The position numbers and the translations under genes are program-made. A stretch of DNA of 64,000 bases from Octopus vulgaris (lineage: Eukaryota), in assembly GCA_951406725.2 (NCBI GenBank), contig OX597820.1, positions 95,542,001 through 95,606,000 of the forward strand, written 5' to 3'. Below, piece after piece: positions 39,540 to 49,897 of this stretch (position 1 is its first letter; each line of letters begins with the position of its first letter). The notes under the pieces were generated by a model. It was not told the origin of the DNA, ran no database searches, and saw nothing but the letters and a program-made list of their open reading frames with translations.

Positions 39540-39957
39540 AAATAGTAAAAAGTGAAAAAACTACAGAAGGCTTGTTTTAAAAGGTAAAAAAATATATATT
39601 TGAGTCATTATGTCTGAAGAATGTTATAAATTTTTTTCATACAATGACATAGTTTTTGAAGAAATGACCGGTTTCGCGTTCAGCTTTTCAAATTTCTTAC
39701 ATCGTTATGTTTACGTTGAGAAGTGTGAAGTAGAGTTCCAGATAAGGGGAGGTAATAAGTGATTTCTTCCGGTGTAAGAGAGATAATCGCTTAATATTTC
39801 TTGCCTTTTTTTGTATGAAAAAAATTTATAACATTCTTCAGACATAATGACTCAAATATATATTTTTTAACCTTTTAAAACAAGCCTTCTGTAGTTTTTT
39901 CACTTTTTACTATTTTCTATATATTCAACCACCTGCTTTCACACACCAACTTTCTCA

Positions 39958-39960
<3 letters not shown>
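39539..39960. mobile_element. PLE-type insertion with 106-bp inverted arms, flanked by (TA)n arrays
   Basis: 39539-39644 and 39811-39916 are reverse complements (1 mismatch seen). The spacer carries a hammerhead. Confidence 0.8.
39659..39698 (-). ncRNA. Minimal type I hammerhead ribozyme motif with U3-A8 covariation
   Basis: AAGAAAT-TTGAAAA-GC tgaac GC-GAAA-CCGG-TC|ATTTCTT: 7-bp stem I, palindromic ACCGGT stem III, GUC site. Confidence 0.75.
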
Positions 39961-40000
<40 letters not shown>

Positions 40001-40277
40001 GTATGTATGTATGTATGTATGTATGTATGTATGTATGTATGTATTGCTCGAAATGAGGCGTAGATAGACAGCCAACAACTGATGAGAGGTCGTTCTCCGC
40101 GTTACTTGTCCTGTTTTCCATTATTTTCCTCTCGTTATTTGCGTATTTAACTCCTTAGTTTTCGTACTTAATGTCGTTTATACAATTGGTAACGTCCTGT
40201 ACCCATGCATATACATACATACATACATACATACATACATACATACATACATACATACATACATACATACATACATA

Positions 40278-40310
<33 letters not shown>

Positions 40311-40316
40311 ATATAT

Positions 40317-40670
40317 GGCTGTGTGCTAAGAAGCTTGCTTCCCAACCTTGGGCAAGTGTCTTCTACTGTACCCTCAGGTCGACGAAACCCTTGTGAGTGG
40401 ATTTGATAGACGGAAACTGGAAAGAAGCTCGTCGTATATATATTTATGTGTGTGTGCGTGTTTGTGTCTATGCTTGATTCCTCATTACTGCTTGATAACC
40501 GGTGTTGGTGTGTTTATATCCCCGTAACAAAGTGGTTCGGCATAATAGACCGATAGAATAAATACTACACTTTAAAAAGCCTTGGGGGTCAATTTGTTGG
40601 ACTAAAACCCTTCAAGGTGGTGCTCCAGCATGGCTGCAGTCAAATGACTGAGACAAGTTAAAGAATAAAG
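40317..40670 (+). mobile_element. SINE family B, internally deleted
   Basis: Body and tail GGTGGTGCTCCAGCATGGCTGCAGTCAAATGACTG are present. Confidence 0.85.
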
Positions 40671-40711
40671 ATGTATGTTTACGCACATACATAATTCACA
40701 CACTTGCGAAT

Positions 40712-41052
40712 AGAGTAAAGACTCCCTTCAGTCATGAATGACCATAGGATTGCACTTAGAATGTTACCCTCAGAGTCACAAGTCTGGGCAAGGTTATTTA
40801 TAGAAGATCAGCAGTCATCTATGCATATCAGCTTCCCATCTCCACGCCATCGATGTTATCCAAGGGAAAGGCGAAGGATGATACAGTTTGGCACCAGTGA
40901 CGTCGTATCTTATTTCTACAGTTGAGTGAATAAGAGCAACGTGAAATAAAGGTTCTTGCTCAAGAACACAACACACAGCCCGATCCGGGAATCGAACTCA
41001 TAACCACGTGACTGTAAGCCCGACGCTCTAAACACTGAGACACACACCTTCA
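40712..41052 (-). mobile_element. tRNA/CORE-like SINE related to family C, with a different body
   Basis: GAGTTCGATTCCC B box and TGTGTTCTTGAGCAAGAACCTTTATTTCACGTTGCT segment. Confidence 0.7.
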
Positions 41053-41071
41053 TACACACACACATGCGCAT

Positions 41072-41118
<47 letters not shown>

Positions 41119-41199
41119 TATATATACGTTTATGTATTTGCTTTTCTAGGATCCTAATGGAAAGTCGTGTGCTGAAACATGTTATATTTCGGGAGGGTA

Positions 41200-42365
41200 C
41201 TATATATGCGCTCTTCACTTGTTTATCATTCTTCTTATTTTATGTAAATTGTTTCGAAATCTTTCGTCACACAACTGTGACCTCTTCAGCGACTCTCCCT
41301 CTCACGTGTCCCCTCCTGTTCTGTTTAGTGCATTCCGTCTTTCCATGGTGTGTATCATTATCTGCGCATGCGTTTGCATTTCTATCTGTGCGTGTATGTG
41401 CGTATGTGTACGCCTGTCTATGTGTTTTAAATGTACATTTTGTGCGTATATATATAGGGTTATTTACTATGCCGTTTATATCCGTGCTCTTTAAACAGTT
41501 TTTCACTTATTTACTTATTTATTTCTCTATTTTCCCCATTTAGTCTTAAGTATGTGTATGTGTATCTTTTGTGTGGGTGTATATGGGTTAATGTCTTATA
41601 CTGATTATATCTGTGTCTTCTTTTTCTCCCATTCTGTCTTTAGTCGCCATGTTGCCTAGTGTGGTGGTGGGGGTGTTATTGTTCTATTCGTGTTTTCTGT
41701 TGAGGCTCGGTGTGTATATTACTATGTGTGTGGCCTCTGTAATCTGTCAAAGCGTTGTGTCTGTTCTATGCGTTTATAATACCTTCACATCTATATTATT
41801 AACAGAGCCTCTATGTTGTAATTGAGTATGTTGGTAGTGTACTAACGAGCTTTTCTCCTCTTTGAGTTCCCGCCAGTGTTCACTTATCCGCTTCTCTATG
41901 CTACGTACCGTCTCCCCAAGACAGCTTACACAACATGACAACTGAAGACAGAATGGAAAAAAAGACAGAGACAAACAGTATAATACATAAATCCAGACAC
42001 ACATACAAGGCACAAATATATGAAATAGGAAAAATAGTGTGATACATTAGTAAATAAATAAAAAGCTTTACAATGGCCATGGAAACAAACAGTATAGTAA
42101 GTAAACCTATATACCCATACACAAAACGCACGTACAAAACACATAGACACGCGTACACACATGCATGCACTCACACACAAATACAGATGCAAATGCATGT
42201 GCAGATAAGGATGCACACCATAGAAAGACAGAATGGGCTGAACAGAACAGGAGACACGTGGGATGGACAGTCGCTGAAGTGGTCACAGGTGTGTAGCGAA
42301 AGATTTCCAGACAATGGACATAAAATATGAATAATGATAAACAAGCGAAGAACGAATATATATAG
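41200..42365 (-). mobile_element. Penelope-like element 3' end: GIY-YIG endonuclease remnant, pLTR and inverted pLTR
   Basis: Minus strand CLGETVRSIEKRISEH...KSSLVHY...VKVL*...ITEATHI...PSLNRK. Arms about 41200-41650 and 41932-42365 are diverged reverse complements, each with a hammerhead motif. Confidence 0.85.
41251..41293 (-). ncRNA. Hammerhead ribozyme motif in a PLE pLTR
   Basis: GTCG-CTGAAGA-G-GTCAC agttgt GTGAC-GAAA-GATTTC-GAAAC. A more decayed inverted twin lies at 42270-42312 (+). Confidence 0.7.
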
Positions 42366-42382
42366 TGCGTGTGTTTATTTGC

Positions 42383-42608
42383 CAAAAAAGTTGCTAACTG
42401 ATGCAGAATTGAGAGTTTGTTAGATCAGTTTTTCGAGTCGAAATCGGGTGATTTCTATCAACGAGGTATTGAAAATCTTGTTGAACGTTGGGAAGAAGTT
42501 GTAAACAACAAGGGTGAATACATTATTGATTAATTAGTAATTATTTTTATTAAATCTTTCAAAAAATTTAATTTAAAAAACGGCGGGAACTTAGTTGCCA
42601 ACCCAATA
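42383..42608 (+). mobile_element. Mariner 3' end with TIR
   Basis: FESKSGDFYQRGIENLVERWEEVVNNKGEYIID*, then AACTTAGTTGCCAACCCAA|TA. Confidence 0.9.
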
Positions 42609-42678
42609 TTAAATCTAAAAAAAGTAATTAACTAAATACTGACTTTATAATCATTCAATATTTTCATACATTTTTGGA

Positions 42679-42716
<38 letters not shown>

Positions 42717-42800
42717 AATAATGAGGGAGATAAACTGAATATTAATTCAATTAATATCAATTTAAAACCAGTAGCCTAGCATATAAAAAATCTGAAAAAT

Positions 42801-42958
42801 CGCTAGAAGAAGATCACATACAATCTAACTACAAAGAAAAAAATGTTCTCCAGAGAAAATTCAGCGAACACCAGAACATAAGCGGGGAAGGCAGATGAAA
42901 ATTATATAAAAATCAATAATTTTTTTGTAGTTAGATCGTATGTGATCTTCTTCTAGCG
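42801..42958. repeat. 35-bp inverted repeat in a short element between microsatellites
   Basis: CGCTAGAAGAAGATCACATACAATCTAACTACAAA / TTTGTAGTTAGATCGTATGTGATCTTCTTCTAGCG (1 mismatch). Confidence 0.8.
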
Positions 42959-42989
42959 TATGGTTATCCATCTAGTGATTTATCCCTAA

Positions 42990-43047
<58 letters not shown>

Positions 43048-43130
43048 GATGTGCATACTAGCATACTACAGCATGTAGTTGATGCTCTCAGATATTGATA
43101 TAAGTATGTATATATATATATATAAGTATG

Positions 43131-43168
<38 letters not shown>

Positions 43169-43197
43169 CGTGCGTGTGTGTGTGTGTGTACGTACGT

Positions 43198-43263
<66 letters not shown>

Positions 43264-43623
43264 TATATAAACATAAAGAAAAAATTGAAAATATTCAGAT
43301 GAGATTTATATATTTACGGAACAGGTTTGCTTGGAGTAAATAAGGTAGAGAAAACTAAAGGGAAGAGGGCATGGTATTACATGTCAGACAGCAGTTTCTA
43401 GGGGATAGGAATTAAGAGTTGTATGGCTGGCAGATGGAGTGTGCAAAAAATGAAGAATATGCAACCAGTAGTGAATGTATATAAAAATTAGCGTAAATCC
43501 GGCTTTGTGAAGAAATCTTTTCTGCAAATATATGTATAAATATGTAAGTGCATATATATGAATGCTTATCTGAAAATATATATATACACACACATGTATG
43601 AGTGTGTGTCAGTGTGTACACAC

Positions 43624-43809
43624 AGGCGTGGCTGTGTGGTAAGAAGCTTGCTTCCCAACCACATGGTTCCGGCTTCAGTCTCGCTGCATGGCACTGTAGG
43701 CAAGTCTTGTGCTATAGCCTCGGGCCGAACAAATCCTTGGGAATGGATTTGGTAGACGGAAACTGAAAGAAGTCCGTTGGATCCCCCCCCTCTCTCTCTC
43801 TCTCTCTCT

Positions 43810-43845
<36 letters not shown>

Positions 43846-44066
43846 ATGTATGTATATGTTTGTGTGCCTGTGTTTGTCCCCCAGCATCGCTTGAAAATGG
43901 ATGTTAATATAGTTACGTTCCCGTAATTTAGCAGTTCGGCAAAGAGATCAATAGAATAAGTACTAGGCTTAAAAAGAATAAGTCCTGTGGTTGCTTAGTT
44001 CAACTAAAGGCGGTGCTCCAGAATGGCTGTAGTGAAATAATTAAAACAAGTAAAAGAGTAAAAGAA
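43624..44066 (+). mobile_element. SINE family B, full length with an expanded internal microsatellite
   Basis: Head, CORE-like segment and GTAAAAGAGTAAAAGA tail, as at 7697-8122. Confidence 0.9.
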
Positions 44067-44437
44067 TATATGTGATGTGTGTGTGTGTGTGTGTGCATGC
44101 ATTTATATACATATATCATATATACTATACAGAGATGGCCATAAGTCGCTTTATATATTTATTAGAACTGGGTAGAGTGACTGTATATCCCAGAATATCC
44201 AGAGCTCTACATAAATGGGACCAAGCGTTGTGAACAGTGCATAGCTTAATGGGCGGGGATACCAAAGGACCCCCTCGACCCGAGGAACATTCTTAACTCC
44301 ACAACTGAGGTTTTCGGACCAAATTTGTATTTCAGGAAATTTCTGCTGTCCAAAAGGAGACGATTCCTTGTTGTTGGCATGGAACAACGAAGTCTTTTCT
44401 TCCTTCATATTCTAGAGCGGTGACACACATACATACA

Positions 44438-44508
<71 letters not shown>

Positions 44509-44512
<4 letters not shown>

Positions 44513-44883
44513 CAATATTAAGAAATAGCCTTGATAGGCCATTCGACCCACTAGAAAGAGCAGCTAACCTCAAACCGCTAAATAGTTGTAATTGAGAAAC
44601 CAAAGAAAATAAAAACATTTACCCTTATCATCTTTGGACTATGCATAGTTTCGACATACATATTGGCAAACCGATTTAATTAAATCAAATTAAATCTATT
44701 TGCCACTGGCCTGTCTCGTCAGCAAAGAAGCCAGGGAAATATATATCCACGAGGCGGCAGTATCGACGCCTCGAGAATATATATTCTAAATTTTCAAAAT
44801 CTACCGTCACCGCAGCAAATATAAACTGCTGATTTAATTTCAGAATTAGCCAAAAAATCATTAATTAACCAATATCAGGGTAG

Positions 44884-44885
<2 letters not shown>
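44509..44885 (-). mobile_element. ~375-nt structured non-coding element with a hammerhead ribozyme (retrozyme-like or solo PLE pLTR)
   Basis: Bounded by (TA)n arrays on both sides, no ORF. Contains a hammerhead and a second hairpin CGAGGCG...CGCCTCG (about 44750-44773). Confidence 0.6.
44617..44740 (-). ncRNA. Canonical type I hammerhead ribozyme
   Basis: TCTTTG-CTGACGA-GACA[long hairpin]TGTC-GAAA-CTATGCATAG-TC|CAAAGA. All core nucleotides are canonical. Predicted cleavage falls between 44637 and 44636. Confidence 0.9.
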
Positions 44886-44940
<55 letters not shown>

Positions 44941-45071
44941 ATATATGAAAATTGTGAAAAAAAAAACACTGAAATTCCCTGTTGTTGACAAATAGCAACG
45001 AAGTATTTTCCTTCTTCATTTTCTAGAAAGGTCACTTACTTGAGAGGTCATAAGCCAACAGGATTTTAAAT

Positions 45072-45122
45072 CTGACAATGGGCTGTAAAGTTATGCGCTT
45101 TATGGACGTGAAACCCAGGGCA
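45072..45122 (+). ncRNA. Decayed hammerhead motif
   Basis: CTGACAA...CTGTAAAG ttatgcg CTTTATGG...GAAACCCAGGG-CA, with G8A and a missing U16.1. Confidence 0.4.
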
Positions 45123-45330
45123 ATACCATAAACCGGCCTTATCTATCTATATATCTATCTATTTATCTGTCTGTCTGTCTGTTGTTGTAATATCGGACAA
45201 GTAAAGACCACGACTATCTACGACCATCTACTTCGTACTCTCTCTGTTTATAGCGACTAGTAATATTTATTGCGACTAGTAATATTAATCGTCATGTGGG
45301 AGAGGTGAACCATTATTACTATTATCCCCC

Positions 45331-45390
<60 letters not shown>

Positions 45391-45772
45391 AATGTACGAA
45401 TGCACACACACCTATTTATACAGATATCTATCTATATATATGTGTGTATATATCTCTCTGAATATTTACCTTATAGGGGAGGGTTGATAGTTTTTTAATT
45501 TCCATTTGACAAAATGTTGAAAAAAAATATGTTGCTAATAATTGAATGTGTCTATGCTTGTCTCCCCATTACTGCCTGTATGTGTATGTATTTCTTTAAA
45601 ACAAAATTGCTGAATTTGTCATTGAAAATATTTAATACATTTGAAAATATTTCTTACCGTTATCCGTGTAACACATTGAACAGAAATGTTAGGCGCACAT
45701 TTCGAATATATATTCTGAATACATTCATATATACGCACCCACAAGTACTCACTTTCACCATATTGCCTGCAT

Positions 45773-45840
<68 letters not shown>

Positions 45841-46178
45841 GCACACACGCACAATACATTTATATCGAGTTTCTTCTATTGAGTATTCATACGCATATGC
45901 AAGGTGGTAATTGGTATTTTAGTGTGACATTTCTTATGAAATACTATTCTTATATCAATACCCACTCCTACGTATTAATAAAAAAAGCAATGAATTTAAA
46001 AATGATATTTTAAAATCCATTACTTTTTTTCTTGATACACTTCATAAAATACATTTTATATATAATGTATTTGTTAGTTACCATGGTTGTTATTTTTGTA
46101 GAATTTTCTAAATATATATCCGCCTCTGGACAATCACACATATATTTATATGTCTGTATATATGTATATATTAAATTC

Positions 46179-46235
<57 letters not shown>

Positions 46236-46261
46236 CATATATATTCCACTAACATTTACAT

Positions 46262-46753
46262 ACTCTTTTTTTTAATTGTTTCAGTCATTTGAATGAGGCC
46301 ATGCTGGAGCACCGCCTTTAGTCGAGGAAGTCGACCCCAGGACTTATTCTTTGTAAACCTAGTACTTATTCTATCGGTCTCTTTTGCCGAACCACTAAGT
46401 TACGAAGTAAGCCATCTAGTTCAGGAAGGAGGAAGTCGATTACATCGATCCCAGTGCTCAACTGGTACTTATTCCATATACACAGAAAAGGAAAGTCGAC
46501 CACGGTGGAATTTGAACTCAGTACAATTCTTATTTCTTTATTGCTCACAAGGGGCTAAACACAGAGGGGACAAAAATGACAGACAAAGGGATTAAGTCGA
46601 TTAAATCGACCCCAATGCGTAACCGGTACTTAATGTATCGACCCCGAAAGGATGAAAGGCAAAGTCGACCTCGGCGGAATTTGAACTCAGAACGTAGCGG
46701 TAGACGAAATAATACTAAGCATTTCGCTAACGTTTCTGCCAGCTCGCCGCCCT
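46262..46753 (-). mobile_element. SINE family B 3' part abutting SINE family A copies
   Basis: B tail at 46262-46405. A-family pieces at about 46420-46520 and 46525-46753. Confidence 0.85.
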
Positions 46754-47222
46754 ATGTATGGGCAATAATATTAAGGGACATAATACATTGACACTTTTAT
46801 CATTGAAATTTTCAGACAGAAAACTGTAAGAAGCGATTTGCATCAATGCGAAAGTTGCATTGCAGTGAAACTGGATAATCTCGGATAACATTATAAAGCA
46901 TATCAGAAAAATGTGTTTGATATTGTTAGGATCTATGTGTGCATAGCTATAACTTAAAGATGGTAAATAAGGAGGAATGGTGAGCAATGTTACAAAGTAG
47001 GGTCAAGGTTTGTTAATAGAGCGGTATCTCAAGTATGTAGTGTATATTCTTTGTAACATAAAAATAATACTTATAAGGAATCTTAACAACGAATTTCAGT
47101 AGAGTGATCAAAAGTGGTAAGGAGATTCTTGATGTTCAATAGTGTAAATTGCGAGATATTCGGCTGTAATAACAATATTAATTAGCTTCTCAATAGATCA
47201 CTTATCGCTTTGTTTAAGATAT

Positions 47223-47984
47223 TGTAGAAGTGAATGTTTCGCGAAAAATAGGGCTAATGAAAACATTTAATTTAGCAGCTGAATCGTTACGTTCGACTGA
47301 CATGCGTGAGCGGTTTAGCACGTTCTGTACAATCGGATTATTGTGGACGGGAGGAGATCATATAACTATATTAATTACCTTACCAAGTGATCACTCATGG
47401 CTTCCAATGCAGTAGAAGGGAGAACAATGCAGATGGGAATATTTGCTTAGAAGTTGAATTACTGATTTCGAGTGAATTGTGAGCAGCTAAACATATGAAC
47501 AATTGAAACGTTAAATTTGGTGTGCCTGATTTTCATGATATATTGTGCTGTGAACAATATTTCCCGAATCCAGTTTCATAATAAACGAGAGAAACAATAA
47601 ATCGTACTTCTACCCGATAGTTCAGTTTCAGATTTCTTTATTTTTCTAATTTTTTGTTTTGTGATATTCGATAGAGAATTATAATGCTGTCAACTATTGT
47701 TTTTCTATCGATTTCTGTTGCATGTACTGTATAAGGCTTTGATTTCAGATACAAACTAGCTATAAATTAATACAGAAACACGCGAAATTAGCTACGAAAA
47801 CTACCGATCTTTACCGCAGGATAACTTATAAATCCGGTGTTCCGTGAACCTTAGAGTTGATGTCATTTTTTGTGTGAGGTGGTGTTCGTATGCCTTGTAC
47901 ATGATGTCAGTCGAACGTAACGATTCAGCTGCTAAATTAAATGTTTTCATTAGCCCTATTTTTCGCGAAACATTCACTTCTACA
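47223..47984. repeat. Perfect 81-bp inverted repeat, 600-bp spacer
   Basis: 47223-47303 is the exact reverse complement of 47904-47984. Confidence 0.9.
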
Positions 47985-48499
47985 TTATTAATTTGCTTAT
48001 AATTTGTTGGCGAGTTGGTGCAGGGTATCGTTTTCCATTGTTTTTTGCGCTCGCAGGTTTGTGGGGCATCTAAATGCCATTTCGATAAAAGTTGTTCATG
48101 AAGAGAGTTAGCTGCATGACTAAGCGCGTATCTATTGTGAGTAGCTATATCTCTAATAAATGATGCGCCACGGTTGAGTGATTATAATCTAATGCGTTGT
48201 CAAAGATTATTTACAAACAGTTTTGAGAGAAAAAATCATTTTTTAATGCTTGTAGACGATGCACTTTTATTTTCTTGTTATGAAAATTCATTTGTACGCG
48301 CGTGTGTGTGTTTGTGACTGTATTTCCTTAGAATATGTTTGAAATTTTTTGTGTATGTATGTGAGGGCGTGTGGTCCTCTGGCTTTGGTATGCCAGTGTG
48401 TATGGATGTGATAATGTTTGTTATTTTGTCAGAGCTCATACAGCGCATTTTCCATCTGTCCATCTCTTCTTGCTATTCCTGGTAGGCTTGTGGGAGTAG

Positions 48500-49110
48500 A
48501 GTCTTTAGGCCCTTCCCAAATACTATCCTATCAGAAACAGCTGTTATTCCAAATGGTTTTTCAAGCGTGACTGAGACTTTGGATATTATCTAACCATTTC
48601 GTTCATGCGCCACCACTAACTCTCCAGCTAGTTGACTCGTCTTATAGAACCCGTCCTGCAATTCCTTCTTGCGACATTCTAATCATATAAAATGTTGGTT
48701 GAAAAAGCCAAACCCGATTTCTTCAATTCGGTTTTCGTGTCTATCGTCACCTATGGTCTTGAAAGTTAGGTAATTACTTATTTCTTTACTACCCACAAGG
48801 GGCTAAACACAGAGGAGACAAACAAGGACAGACAAACGGATTAAGTCGATTATATCGACTCCAGTGCGTAACTGGTACTCAATTTATCGACCCCGAAAGG
48901 ATGAAAGGCAAAGTCGACCTCGGCGGAATTTGAACTCACAACGTAACGCAGACGAAATACCGCTAAGCATTTCGCCCGGCGTGCTAACGTTTCTGCCAGC
49001 TAAGAGCATGATCAGAATACAAACGACCGAAACGAGGTTTATTCGAAGAATTTCTGAAGTAATATTATTCCATTGGATTCATAGCTTGAGGATCATAGAA
49101 TCTTAGCAGG
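48500..49110. mobile_element. Rearranged RTE-like LINE fragments interrupted by SINE family A (48778-49001, -)
   Basis: Plus strand FNSVFVSIVTYGLES...RIQTTETRFIRRISEV. Minus strand RTKWLDNIQSLS to the left. Confidence 0.65.
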
Positions 49111-49510
49111 TTGAACTGCTACTTTTCGCAACAGATTTAAAAAAAAATACAAGTACATGTGAGAGATTCCTTTAGAGAATACTGCATTTGAGAATTTATG
49201 TGTGGTGTCAGCTGTGAAACTAATTAAGAGTAAATCTATTTTAGGTTGATATGTTTTTAATGAACGGTATTTCATGCCAGAGTAGTTTTGGTGTGCTGTG
49301 TTGTTACAAATACATTAAAAAAAATTTTTGTTTTGAGTATATGATGAACAAACAATTTTATGATTGCTTGCTGTAGAGGAATTTTGTTGCGGGTGAAAAG
49401 AAATTTAGTTTATTTCTTTTGAAGAATGTCTATGTGTCTGAGTGTTTAATTCCTAAGATATCTCGGAATATAATGTTAGTTCTTTATTCTTTGGGTTTGG
49501 TTAAGTGATA

Positions 49511-49565
<55 letters not shown>

Positions 49566-49866
49566 ATCAACGATTTAAATTGTTGATAATGCATCTTCAT
49601 TGTTTGTTTTTTCTATAATACTCTGTGATTAATACACTGAATTTAATTTGTGTTCGAGCCCTGGTTCTAAAATTTCGAAATGGCACAAGAAATAAATAAC
49701 AAACCACATGGATTATTGTTGCCATAGCTGGACAATTTAGTTAACCAGGCCGACTAGCGATGAGTTCTGAATGAGATATTCACAAGAATTTAATTCCTAT
49801 TTTCCTTCATTACATACATACATACCTACGTACGCACATACATACATACATACATACATACATACA

Positions 49867-49897
<31 letters not shown>

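Noticed and set aside
40045-40110. CTGATGAG near GCTCGAAA
   Set aside because: No stem II closed by GAAA downstream, so a hammerhead fold cannot be built. It may be a pLTR scrap.
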